Source of the DNA: Candidatus Hydrogenedens sp.
GTDB lineage: Bacteria > Hydrogenedentota > Hydrogenedentia > Hydrogenedentales > Hydrogenedentaceae
Assembly: GCA_049968235.1 (NCBI GenBank)
Contig: JBMFRC010000012.1
Span: 32,001 to 96,000, forward strand
Direction of reading: 5' to 3'
Length of the DNA stretch: 64,000 nt
Below are positions 44,153-55,000 of this stretch, piece by piece; the first letter of the stretch is position 1; each line of letters starts with the position of its first letter. The position numbers and the translations under genes are program-made. The notes under the pieces are model-generated. The model made no database searches, was not told the origin of the DNA, and saw only the letters and a program-made list of their open reading frames with translations.

Positions 44153-44758
44153 ATGAAAAAGAAAATACCTTATAATTTTATTTTAGTGACCCTTTTTTCT
44201 ATAGGGTTTAGTGGATGTTTAACACCCGTAAAAACAGAATATTCTATTAAATATTATATCAATCCTAATATAGGTGAAATGAAAGGGGAGTATACAGGGC
44301 TAATTCTTGCAATTCGAGGATTAGGATATACAAGGTCGATTACAAATTATGTGACATTTTTAGAACAAGGAAAATTATATTATAGAGAAGGATTGGAATG
44401 GGCAGAACACCCTGTTGAAGTTATTGAAAGACTTTTAATTAAAACTATCGAAAAAACAGGTAGATTTCAAGATGTATCCAACAGTATAGAAATTAAAAAT
44501 CCAGACCTAATTTTAACAGGAGAGATAGAACAGTTTTACTGTGTGAGAGAAAATAATTCAGAAAAAGTTCTTGTATCCTTAAATATAAGAATAAGGGATA
44601 GAAAAACAAATAAGATTGCATTTAGCAAAGAATTTGTAGTCGAAAGACTATTTGATAGCAAAAATGAGTATATTAATGATGCAATAAACAATGCTCTTGC
44701 GGAATTGTCCCAAAAGATACAGGAAGAAATTAATAAGGCAGAATTTGAAAGAATATAA
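44153..44758 (+). CDS. ABC-type transport auxiliary lipoprotein (DUF330/PqiC-like)
   Basis: Lipobox GFSGC; about 200 aa; overlaps the mlaD stop (ATGA arrangement), consistent with the Mla/Pqi accessory lipoprotein. Confidence 0.6.
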   Translation: MKKKIPYNFILVTLFSIGFSGCLTPVKTEYSIKYYINPNIGEMKGEYTGLILAIRGLGYTRSITNYVTFLEQGKLYYREGLEWAEHPVEVIERLLIKTIEKTGRFQDVSNSIEIKNPDLILTGEIEQFYCVRENNSEKVLVSLNIRIRDRKTNKIAFSKEFVVERLFDSKNEYINDAINNALAELSQKIQEEINKAEFERI

Positions 44759-44814
44759 TCGGATAATTATTTGTTTAATTATAAAAGTTAATAATTGTTT
44801 GAGAAAGAATAGTA

Positions 44815-46125
44815 ATGTTATTTGTTTATAATTTTATATATATTATTAGTGAAATGGCTCCTTACCTGCTATTTGGATTTTTAGTAGCCGGCGTTCTGTC
44901 TCAAATTATCCCAACTTCATGGGTCCAACAACATCTGGCAGGTAGAGGATATTCACCTATAATAAAAAGTGCAATGATAGGAATCCCTTTACCACTCTGT
45001 TCCTGTGGAGTAATCCCTGTAATGGCTTCATTACGAAAGCAAGGTGCTAATATTCCCGCAATGCTATCCTTTATCTTATCCACACCCCAGACAGGTGTGG
45101 ATTCCATACTGGCTACCTATGCTTTATTAGGTTTACCTATGGCGATATACCGACCCTTTATAGCATTAATAACAGCCCTTTTAGGTGGTTCTATTTACTA
45201 CTGGACAAGCAAAAAAGAAATAGAACAAGAAACAGAAAAATTAGAGATGGAAAAAGAAACAATCCGTAAAGATACATATATAAAATACAAAGCCAATATA
45301 ATTCATATCCTATCTGAAAGTATCCATTATGGCTTTATCACCTTACCCCATGAAATTTCTCGGACGCTTCTCTTTGGTATTTTTATAGCAGGTATAATAA
45401 CTACCTTTATTCCACCCGGCATTATTACTAATTTTTTGAATATTGGAGTATTGCAAATATTTATAGCAATATTAGTAGGTATTCCTATTTATGTTTGTGC
45501 AACAGCATCCATTCCAGTTGCACTTAGTCTCATTTATTTAGGGGCTTCTCCCGGTTCGGCACTTGCTTTTCTTATCGCAGGACCTGCAACAAATATTGCA
45601 ACCATCTCCGTAGTTAAACAGTTTTTAGGTAATAAAGCAGTAGTAATATATATACTTACTATGGTTTTTTCTGCCCTATTTTTTGGTATTACATTTGATT
45701 ATTTAGTTGATTTATTCCCATTTTTTAATATTTCACATATACAACATATTCAACATTCGAGTGAAATATTTCATCATCCATTAAAAATATCATCATTGAT
45801 ATTGTTTGTTCTTATACTCATATTAAGTCTTCTCAACATAGACCCATGGGTCTATATAAAAAAAGCAACAAAGGAAAATTCACAGACAAACGGTTATATA
45901 AAAGTAAAAATCAACGGAATGACATGTAACCATTGTGTTCAAAGAATTTCTACATTAATAAAAAATATTTCTAATGTTGTGGATATAAATATATCTCTTG
46001 AGGATAAAACAGCAATTATTTATGGAAATCCATCATTAGAAGAGGTTAATCGCGTTCTTAATCTAGAAGGGTATTCCGCCGAAATAGATGAAAATAAAAT
46101 AGCATGTGATTGCAATTGCCACTAA
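44815..46125 (+). CDS. SO_0444/DUF318-type permease fused to C-terminal heavy-metal-associated (HMA) domain
   Basis: Multi-TM permease with CSCG motif; C-terminal GMTCNHC HMA fold and terminal CDCNCH Cys/His cluster. Confidence 0.65.
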   Translation: MLFVYNFIYIISEMAPYLLFGFLVAGVLSQIIPTSWVQQHLAGRGYSPIIKSAMIGIPLPLCSCGVIPVMASLRKQGANIPAMLSFILSTPQTGVDSILATYALLGLPMAIYRPFIALITALLGGSIYYWTSKKEIEQETEKLEMEKETIRKDTYIKYKANIIHILSESIHYGFITLPHEISRTLLFGIFIAGIITTFIPPGIITNFLNIGVLQIFIAILVGIPIYVCATASIPVALSLIYLGASPGSALAFLIAGPATNIATISVVKQFLGNKAVVIYILTMVFSALFFGITFDYLVDLFPFFNISHIQHIQHSSEIFHHPLKISSLILFVLILILSLLNIDPWVYIKKATKENSQTNGYIKVKINGMTCNHCVQRISTLIKNISNVVDINISLEDKTAIIYGNPSLEEVNRVLNLEGYSAEIDENKIACDCNCH

Positions 46126-46136
46126 ATATAAAATTC

Positions 46137-47609
46137 TTATTTCACTTCTAAGATATTCGGAGGAAGTTCCTGCAATATAGATTTAACGCCACTTTGAAAA
46201 CTATTGTTTATAGTTTCTTTAATAAGAATATTTGAAATTTCATTATTTATCTGATTTAATGAATTTAATAAATCAAAATTAGGGTACTTTCCGGAAAAAT
46301 TCTTTGCACTCTCCAGTAATTGCCCTTTCAGTTCTTGAATTCTTGCATTAACAATACGAATTCCCTTATTTTTTTGCTGATTTTCTAAAGGAAATTCATC
46401 AGATACTTCATCATAAGTAGCTAAAGCTTGCCTTAGAAGAACGATAGATTCAGCAATTCTTCCAGTTAATGCCTCTTGTTCTGCTGTGCTTTGTAGTTTT
46501 TCTGCTCTTTCCAGTGCATCTTTTGTTTGTGCTAATCGTGCATCTCGTTCTTTTATACTATGTTCTGCTTCCAGTCGTAGTCTTTCTGCTTCAGGATGTA
46601 ATGGGTCTGCAGAAATAGCATTATTAAATAATTCTAAAGCCTCTTCTAATTTTTTGGTTTCCAACGCTTTATTCCCCCGCTCCACATAGAAATCCGCTAT
46701 TTTCCTTGAAATATCTTTCCGATTTGGATTTAAAGCCAGAGCATTTTTGTATAGTTCAATAGCAAGTTCATTAATATCCATTCCAATAAGAACATCCGCT
46801 ATCTGGATATACATATCTTCTGTAAAAGGCACTAAATCATTCAATTTTTGCATATTTGCTTTTATCTCTTCCTCATTTCCCCTTTTAGCATAAAACAGTC
46901 CACCCTGTAAGGCATAATCCCTGAGGGTTACCTCACTTACATTACTTACTACCTGCCCCGGAATTAATATAGTAAACCATACATCCGCTACAGCATTTAA
47001 TGATATACTAACGCATTCAGAAAGGGTAGTAGATGCTGTTCCCTTAAATCCAATATTGGATTTATATTCCTGTTCAAATATCTTATCTCTTGATAGAATT
47101 TGCCGTTTAAGCTGGGAAAAATATACAGGAGGGTTTACTTTTTGTCGGGCAGTTGTACGTAATGAAACATTTTCTATCATTTTTTCGACATCAGAATTGT
47201 AAAGGATTCTAATGGTTGGGTCTGCATCTTGTAGAGGAGATGTAGCCTGTACTATCAGTTTCCCCAAAACACCAAGGCGGAATGCATAATAGGGGTCAAT
47301 TCTTTTCGGTTTAACTGCAATTAATAAATTCATTTCTGATTCAATGGCTTGAATAAGGTTTGTTTTTGCAGTTGGGACAATCATATAAAAAGTCTCATCT
47401 GTAATAGCCGCTCCATTTTTTATTTCATTTTCCAATTTTTTTAACGACGCATTTAACTCTTTATCAATTAAATGTATTGCATTACTGACTATTGATATTT
47501 GAGAAGTGGGACCCCATGAATAACATGTAAAAGAAATAAGAAAGAAAATAAAGAAAAAATTATATTTTATTTTTTTCATAATTCTACAATCCTTATTGTG
47601 TTGTAGCAT
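46137..47609 (-). CDS. secreted TPR-repeat protein
   Basis: Signal peptide; TPR-like helical repeats (ELYKNALALNPNRKD..., LELFNNAISADPLHPEAE...); coiled-coil C-terminus. Confidence 0.45.
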   Translation of the reverse strand: MLQHNKDCRIMKKIKYNFFFIFFLISFTCYSWGPTSQISIVSNAIHLIDKELNASLKKLENEIKNGAAITDETFYMIVPTAKTNLIQAIESEMNLLIAVKPKRIDPYYAFRLGVLGKLIVQATSPLQDADPTIRILYNSDVEKMIENVSLRTTARQKVNPPVYFSQLKRQILSRDKIFEQEYKSNIGFKGTASTTLSECVSISLNAVADVWFTILIPGQVVSNVSEVTLRDYALQGGLFYAKRGNEEEIKANMQKLNDLVPFTEDMYIQIADVLIGMDINELAIELYKNALALNPNRKDISRKIADFYVERGNKALETKKLEEALELFNNAISADPLHPEAERLRLEAEHSIKERDARLAQTKDALERAEKLQSTAEQEALTGRIAESIVLLRQALATYDEVSDEFPLENQQKNKGIRIVNARIQELKGQLLESAKNFSGKYPNFDLLNSLNQINNEISNILIKETINNSFQSGVKSILQELPPNILEVK

Positions 47610-49131
47610 TTGTTTGAGATGGAGTGGGATTATTTACAAGGGTTTGTTCTATTTGTTCAATTAAAACTTCGATTTCTGCAGTTGAATAATTGGGAACTGT
47701 ATTTTTAACAATCTGAATATATGTCTTTAAGTGTTTTAATCCTTCTGAAAGAACACCCTTTTGGATATAAAGCAAACCATTTTCTAAATAAGCCGGTGCA
47801 TAGTTGGGGTCTTTTTGAATTGCATTCGCAAAACATTGTTGAGCAAAGGTGGAGTCGTTATTTACCAATGCAATTCTACCCTCAATAAGATAACACCGGG
47901 GAGTTTGTTGTCCCTTATTCTTTATACTTTGTATCAATTCAGTCGCTTTACTTATATTATCCTGCTGGAAATATATTAACGCCAGGTCTAAAGAGGCATC
48001 ATTGGAATAATTTCCTTCCGAATTTTTTATTTTTTCTAATTCTATAATAGCTTCCGTTGTAAGTCCTGAATTAAGCAATGTTAAAGCATATAAATAATTG
48101 AGTACGGATGGAAGTTTTTCCCTATTTTTTAATGACTGTAATATTTGTAAGGTTTTATTGTTATCACCCGATTTTAATACCTGACACGCAAGAAGAGCCT
48201 TTTCCGTATCACTTAATTCCTGAATATTTTTTTCAATTGTTACAAGATATTCTTGTCTATTCTGTTCATTTTTCATTTTTTCAGATAAAATCAAAAGAAG
48301 TAATGCAGTTCTGGGAGATATGTCCTTATCCCTGATTAAATTTAATACTTCACTATAGTTACCTTGAGAAAGTAATAAAGCAATAATACCACTTTTGTTT
48401 ATTTCTGAACCAGCGGATAACGAAAATAATTGTTCAAAATTAGTGATATTTGAGATATTTCCTTCTCCGAGAAGATTTAGAAGTTTTAAATCATTTCTTT
48501 CCGGATATTTCTCAATTAATTTTTTTATATATTTTAATTGTTGTTCCTTATCATTCTTCTTTGTTGAAGCAAGCAAAGCGAGCCAGATAACATCATTGTC
48601 TTTATCATTTATAGTTATAACCTTATCAAATTCTGTCAATGCCTCATCTATTTGATTGTTATTCAGATAAAGTTTTCCTAAAACCAGATGTGCACGAAGA
48701 CTTTGAGGATTTTTAGCAATGTATTTCTGCAAAATATCAATAGCACCTAATACATTTGTTTGACTGAGGTTTATCGCACTTGCGATAGGGTCGTAAGTAA
48801 TGTAGATAATCCCAAAACCTACGATTAGTAATAAAAAAATAACAACAAGTCCATATAAGAAATATTTTTTGTTGATAGATGGTAAGATATTCTTTTTATC
48901 CTTAGGCGGTTCTGCTAATATTTTTGTTCCTGTAAGAAGGTTTGTCCCGCAGTAGATACAAATTATATCTGTTTTATTAACGGGTGATTTACAATTGGGG
49001 CAGATACCCTGCAACTTAGGTTCGGTATTGGTTTGAATAGGTATTGTAGATGCTTTGATAGGTGCTCCACAGTGGGGGCATTGTGTTGTGTTTTCATTTA
49101 TTGGTTTTTCGCAAAACGGACATTGGGACAT
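47593..49131 (-). CDS. double zinc-ribbon, single-pass membrane TPR protein
   Basis: N-terminal CPFC...CPHC and CPNC...CIYC ribbons, one TM helix (LYGLVVIFLLLIVGFGIIYI), then a long TPR-like periplasmic region. Confidence 0.5.
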   Translation of the reverse strand: MSQCPFCEKPINENTTQCPHCGAPIKASTIPIQTNTEPKLQGICPNCKSPVNKTDIICIYCGTNLLTGTKILAEPPKDKKNILPSINKKYFLYGLVVIFLLLIVGFGIIYITYDPIASAINLSQTNVLGAIDILQKYIAKNPQSLRAHLVLGKLYLNNNQIDEALTEFDKVITINDKDNDVIWLALLASTKKNDKEQQLKYIKKLIEKYPERNDLKLLNLLGEGNISNITNFEQLFSLSAGSEINKSGIIALLLSQGNYSEVLNLIRDKDISPRTALLLLILSEKMKNEQNRQEYLVTIEKNIQELSDTEKALLACQVLKSGDNNKTLQILQSLKNREKLPSVLNYLYALTLLNSGLTTEAIIELEKIKNSEGNYSNDASLDLALIYFQQDNISKATELIQSIKNKGQQTPRCYLIEGRIALVNNDSTFAQQCFANAIQKDPNYAPAYLENGLLYIQKGVLSEGLKHLKTYIQIVKNTVPNYSTAEIEVLIEQIEQTLVNNPTPSQTNATTQ

Positions 49132-49134
49132 AAG

Positions 49135-49347
49135 TTATTCCTTTAAATCTTTGTGAGAATGTTCTGTTTGATGAAGCATAGAAGTATAATCTTGTTCAAT
49201 CCTTTTATCACAGTGTTTACAATATGTCCTGCTAATAACATTACGCTTTCCACAAAACTTGCACTTAGGGAAGAAAAGAGAAGGTACAGTTATAAAGGTA
49301 ATGAATAAAGTAATGCTAACCATTATAAACAAGTAACCTAAACGCAT
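49135..49347 (-). CDS. small membrane protein with C-terminal zinc ribbon
   Basis: 70 aa: TM helix plus CKFCGK...CKHCDK; 3 nt upstream of the next gene in an apparent three-gene operon. Confidence 0.4.
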   Translation of the reverse strand: MRLGYLFIMVSITLFITFITVPSLFFPKCKFCGKRNVISRTYCKHCDKRIEQDYTSMLHQTEHSHKDLKE

Positions 49348-49429
49348 TTCTACATTTATTCTCCTTTTATATTCTATAAAATCTCTTTACAGAATTATAA
49401 CTCTATATGTATATATCAAATATAAATAT

Positions 49430-50209
49430 TCAGGGAATTATTTCCTCAACAGAATTAACAATTCGTGTTGGGAGATATGGATATTTCTCTACATCTTCGA
49501 TTTTTGTTACCCCTGTAAGAACAAGTATTGTCTCTACACCTGTTTGAATACCAGCAACAATATCCGTATCCATGCGGTCTCCGATAATTACTGTATTTTC
49601 TGAATGCACCCCCAGGTAATTCATAGCACTTCTCATCATAAATGGATTGGGTTTACCTATGTAAAAAGGCGCCCTACCCGATGCTTTTTCTATAAGTGCG
49701 GCCATAGCCCCACAAGCAGGAACAATCCCCGATTCCGTCGGACCTAAAGGGTCGGGATTGGTCGCTATAAACTTTGCTCCATTGCGTATCAATCGGACAG
49801 CCCATGTAATTTGGTCAAAATTAAAGTTGGAGGATTCACCCAGAATTACATAATCGGGATTATATTCCGTAATAACATATCCTGCCTGGTGTATCGCAGT
49901 AGTAAGTCCACTTTCACCCAATACATAAGCAGTTCCATTGGGTTTCTGCATTTTTAAAAACATACCTACCGCCATAGCGGATGTAAAAATGTTGGTAGAA
50001 GGTATTTCAAGTTTATGAACTTTTAACCGGTGAGATAAGTCCTCAGGTGTAAATTTAGGATTGTTTGTGAGAACCAAAAATTTACATTTATTTTCAATTA
50101 ATCGTTCTATAAATTGATTGGCACCTGGTATAATTGTATTTCCCTTTACTAAAACACCATCCATATCAATAAGATAGTTTTTTGTAACTTTATTTGTGAT
50201 ATTACTCAT
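49430..50209 (-). CDS. HAD-IIA family sugar-phosphatase (NagD-like)
   Basis: Motif I LIDMDGVL; HAD-IIA length (259 aa); catalytic GDRMDTD motif IV. Confidence 0.8.
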   Translation of the reverse strand: MSNITNKVTKNYLIDMDGVLVKGNTIIPGANQFIERLIENKCKFLVLTNNPKFTPEDLSHRLKVHKLEIPSTNIFTSAMAVGMFLKMQKPNGTAYVLGESGLTTAIHQAGYVITEYNPDYVILGESSNFNFDQITWAVRLIRNGAKFIATNPDPLGPTESGIVPACGAMAALIEKASGRAPFYIGKPNPFMMRSAMNYLGVHSENTVIIGDRMDTDIVAGIQTGVETILVLTGVTKIEDVEKYPYLPTRIVNSVEEIIP

Positions 50210-50323
50210 TTATGAACTCCAGTTATATTTTAATAAGACATTTGATATAATCAATAAAAAAAGATGATGATATATTACCAAATTTTCACTATAACACCAA
50301 AAGTTTTTGTGGGAGATAGAAAA

Positions 50324-50761
50324 ATGAAAGTAATAAATATATCAGCTTTGATAAGTATAGGAATAATCCTACTTTTATGCTGTTCTGCTTGTAGAACTAT
50401 CGCAGGACAACCCTCTATAAAAACTGCTGAGATTATCCCAGTGGAAATATCTCCTGGAGAGAATGCAATCATACAGACAGTTATAAAAGATAAGCATCAT
50501 TTAATACAAAAAGTAGAAGCAGTAATAAAAGAAGACCCCAGAATAAAACTTAAACTTAGAGATGATGGCGTTGAACCAGATAAAAAAGCAAATGATGGAA
50601 TATGGGTTTTGAAAGTAGATGTTCCTCAAGAAGCACCGTTAGGAAATTATAAATTAGAAATTATGACCTATACGAAAGATGGTTCACCAGTTAAAATAAA
50701 AAATAAAAATGGAGAAGTAGTAAATTTAGCGACAGAAATACCTGTAATCATAAAAAAATGA
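50324..50761 (+). CDS. hypothetical lipoprotein with Ig-like/DUF11-like beta domain
   Basis: Signal peptide MKVINISALISIGIILLLCCSAC preceded by GGGAGA RBS (the track ORF starts at 50264); small beta-rich domain. Confidence 0.45.
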   Translation: MKVINISALISIGIILLLCCSACRTIAGQPSIKTAEIIPVEISPGENAIIQTVIKDKHHLIQKVEAVIKEDPRIKLKLRDDGVEPDKKANDGIWVLKVDVPQEAPLGNYKLEIMTYTKDGSPVKIKNKNGEVVNLATEIPVIIKK

Positions 50762-50779
50762 AGAATATAAACATATCGG

Positions 50780-52069
50780 ATGTATATTAGTCTTATTATA
50801 TACTTTTGTGTATTTGCTCAAAATGCAGGGAATACTACTTGTTGCCCAAACATATTAATCATATCTGTAGATACCCTTAGGGCAAACCACTTATCTTGTT
50901 ATGGTTATGAATATCTCACTTCACCCAATATAGACAAACTTGCCCAGGAAGGAGTTGTATTCGATAATTGCATTACTGAAGTTCCTCTTACATGTCCTTC
51001 TTTTTCTGCAATGTTTACCTCTAAATTCCCCAGAACAATCGGTGTAACAAGGAATGGATTAGGCATTTCAAAGGGTGAAATAACCATCACAGAACTATTT
51101 AAAGAAAAAGGGTATTTCACTTTTTGTGTGCAGAGTAATTGGACATTAAAAGCAAAGTTAAGCGGATTAAATAAAGGTTTTGATGTTTATGATGATGATT
51201 TCCATGTAAAAAGGTGGGGAATTTTTTCACCGGAACGAATCGCTGACGAAGTAACTCGGAAATCTATTGATATTCTAAACAAACTTCCTGAAAATAAACC
51301 CTTTTTCGGTTGGGTCCATTATAGTGACCCTCATGCTCCGTATCATTTCCATAAGGAGTATAATGTCCACCGTGAGAAAAAGGAAAAAATAAGTGATAAG
51401 AAATATAATAAAGTAAAATCTTATGATTCAGAAATAAGGTTTACAGATGAACAAATCGGCGTTTTACTTAAACACATTCCTGAAAATACAACAATTGTCT
51501 TTGTTGCAGACCATGGTGAAAGTTTATACGAACATAATTATCTGGGACATGGGAGAAAACTGTATCAGAACGAAGTAAGAATACCTTTTATAATCGTTTC
51601 TTCGAAGATTAAAGCAAGACGGACAGATATACCTGTAAGAGGAATTGATATAGGTCCTACAATTTTAGGTATAGCAGGTATACACAAAACTAAAAGTATG
51701 TTAGGAAAGGATGTGCTTAATGAAAATATAAATAAAGAAAGAGTTAGGGTAATTGAGACTTATGGTGGTGCAGTTCCCAAGATACCTATTTTAAGGTCTT
51801 TAATGAAAAAATCCGGTCCAATTATGCAATCGGTTATAGTTGAAAATTGGAAGTTAATCGTAAAAAATGACAGAAAAGAACTCTATAATATTGCAGAAGA
51901 CCCCGAAGAACTCAACAATATAGGGAAAAAATATCCAGAAAAAGTTTTGGAACTTCAAAAAGTAATTAAAAAATGGACAGAAAACACACCTATAAATACA
52001 AGAAAAGATGAACAAAAGTTATCAGAGGAAGATTTAGAAGTTCTTCGTTCTATGGGTTATTTACAATAA
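50780..52069 (+). CDS. sulfatase-family (alkaline-phosphatase superfamily) hydrolase with non-canonical active-site motif
   Basis: N-terminal ISVDTLRANHLSCYGY and metal-binding blocks of sulfatases. The expected C-x-P-S-R formylglycine motif reads T-C-P-S-F (50990-51004). Confidence 0.7.
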   Translation: MYISLIIYFCVFAQNAGNTTCCPNILIISVDTLRANHLSCYGYEYLTSPNIDKLAQEGVVFDNCITEVPLTCPSFSAMFTSKFPRTIGVTRNGLGISKGEITITELFKEKGYFTFCVQSNWTLKAKLSGLNKGFDVYDDDFHVKRWGIFSPERIADEVTRKSIDILNKLPENKPFFGWVHYSDPHAPYHFHKEYNVHREKKEKISDKKYNKVKSYDSEIRFTDEQIGVLLKHIPENTTIVFVADHGESLYEHNYLGHGRKLYQNEVRIPFIIVSSKIKARRTDIPVRGIDIGPTILGIAGIHKTKSMLGKDVLNENINKERVRVIETYGGAVPKIPILRSLMKKSGPIMQSVIVENWKLIVKNDRKELYNIAEDPEELNNIGKKYPEKVLELQKVIKKWTENTPINTRKDEQKLSEEDLEVLRSMGYLQ

Positions 52070-52077
52070 AAGACTCT

Positions 52078-55000
52078 TTATTTGCCTCGCCACCCTTTAT
52101 CCGGGATACTACAAGCAGACCATTTGTTCACATATGTCCCTTCTTTCTCTCTTGCACGAATCCAGTAATAGTAAACGACAGGGATTATTTTACTCCCTGA
52201 GCAGGAAAAGCCTTTTTTAATCACAGGGATTTCTGCTGTATAGTCACAATAATAGGGGAGAGAGGATATTCCAAGGGAGATAGCGGTATTACAATTATCT
52301 TCCTTGTTTCTTAAAACTTCAAACTCATATTTACTTTTATCATTATCTATTTCCCACTCTATTAATACATATTCAGAGTATTTGCCATCGGATGCAGTAA
52401 CATGATACGGAACAGGAATAACAGAAGGGACTTCCCCTTCTTTTTCCCCTTCTGAAATTCCTTCCAACTCACCTTCTTTAAGAATAGTTCCTTCACCTGA
52501 ACTATCTCCTTCCATAACTCCTTCATTTATCCCTTCATATATCCCTTCACCTATACCTTCAAATACACCTTCGGTTATTCCCTCATGCGTTCCTTCCCAT
52601 ATCCCTTCTCCCTCGTTTATTCCTTCATTTATTCCTTCTATTACTCCTTCTTCGGGACCTTCGGTTATACCTTCATATCCACCTTCCACTGAACCTTCTC
52701 CATCTGGATTCCCTTCTTCAATTACAGGCTCTGGGTCAATATAATCCGGAATACCATTGTTATTTTTATCTTCGGTCCCTTCTATATAATCCGGAATACC
52801 ATCATTATCACTATCGATATCGAGAAGATTAGGTATGTTATCACCATCGGTGTCGTCAATTCCCTCTACAATGTCAGGAATTCCATCTTTATCTGTGTCT
52901 TCAGATGTAATAATAGGTATAAATTGTAATCTATTATTTTTAGGATTATGCGTGATAAAAGAAAGTAAACCATAAGTATTGTATTTAAAATAATTTTCAT
53001 TAATGATGGATATATAAGCAAATAGGTTATTATGTGCGAAGGAAAATACATTTGATATATATTCTGATTTAATTTGAAAAGACTTTTCTTTTAGGTTATA
53101 TATAAATCTCTTTTTAGGTTGGCTGGGTATTTGCTCCGGTACCTGGTCAATATTTACAGGTATATCTTTAATAAATCTTGATTCACAAAAAAATCCGATA
53201 GTGCTATTATCGTTATCTAATTTTAAATCGCTTGCTTTAACACCGAGAACCATTACATTAGATTTAAATAAATTAACATCAAATTCGGAAGCATTAAAAA
53301 TATTTAATGGATATTGGACTTTAGCATCATCTTTTAAATTGGAAAGGACAGAAACAAACACATCAGAAGAAAGGGGAGGACTATCCCCGGAATAGGTTGT
53401 GGAATTATAAAGAGAATAGTCTGTTTTTCCGTCATTGTCGGCATCAATATAAATTATAAAATGAACCTGATTCGGAGAACTCCATGATGAATAAGTAGAA
53501 ACTAAAAAGTAAATTGAGGCATCTTCAATATTTCTCCCCTCAGGTAAATAAAATAAATTATCAGTAACTCCTAAATATTGAATATCTGCACAGGACATAT
53601 ATACAGGAAGATAATTTTGTCTTTTACTTATACCTTTTGATTCAAAAAAAGATATAAATGCACTTAAATCATAAGGGAAATTTTCACCTGTATATAATTC
53701 TCTACCCTCAACAGATAAGGATGCTGTATTTGATGTAGATAAATCTAAATAGGATGGATATAAATTCAGGTTGGCAGTAGGTTGAATTTGAGCATATAGC
53801 GGAAGATATAAGATATTGTTGTTGGTTGTATCTTTTAAAGAAAGTATTCCACTCAATTCACTAATCCACGAGCGATTGGGTTCATTATAACGGAAATCCA
53901 GAGAAGGGTCTCTATCATGTTTTAGCAACGATATATTTATATTTAGTAGAACCGGTAGGTCGGCAAACGAACCTGGACTTATAGTTGAGGAGATATTTTG
54001 GGGTAAAACAATATCTACACCTGAGATTGTTGTTCTTGGTAAATAAGATAATTCAAAACTTTTAGGTTGCATTGAACGATTTTCAATACGAATCCATCTC
54101 TCTTCCGACATTGACTCATAGACCTCCTGAGTATCAAATGTAAGAGAGACTAAATAAGGATTATCTTTGTCATAAAATAAAAAATCTGTGATTATACCAT
54201 TAGAAAAATTGTTTCTACCTGCTCCTCCTATTTGTGGAGGAGCATAAATAGTCTCTCCTGTTTTATATAAATAAGTATCATATGTCGCATTATTTATCAA
54301 TATCGTTTTTATATTCTGGGCAGTTAATTCAGGTTTAATTTCCATTAACAAAGCGGAAAGTCCCGAGATATGTGGGGCAGACATGGATGTTCCCGAACTT
54401 AAACGATTAATAGGGTTAGAACCTAAATTTGCCGAATAAATATGTAACCCGGGAGCAGATATATCCGGTTTTAATACGATTTTCCCTGTGGAATACATAG
54501 CAGGTCCGCGTGAAGAAAAATAGGCAATTCGCGAAGGGATATTTCCTGTTAAACTTGTATCAGCATCTTCACATGCGGAAACTGCAATAACACTTTCTGC
54601 CGAAGCGGGTGTCCCGAGTGAAAAGAAAGCATCCCCTCGATTTCCTGCAGAGACAACAATTAAAATGCCTACTTTTGACGCATTATTACAAGCAACTGCC
54701 TCAGGAGTATCCGAAAAACCGAAGTCTTCACCTAAAGATAAATTTAATACATCTAAATGGTCTGAGAAATCATTATCCTGATTAGGGTCAATAGCCCATT
54801 CAATAGCAGGTATCAATATTTCGCTTTTAGGTGCATTAGAGAATATTTTTAAAGCATAGAGTTCTGTTTGGGGTGCAACACCGGGATAGACAGAAAAAGG
54901 ACAATTGATAACTTGTTGTGTGTATCCTGATGTATAAGTTATACCATTCAATACGCCGTAACCACCAATGATGCCAGCGACATGTGTCCCATGTCCATGT

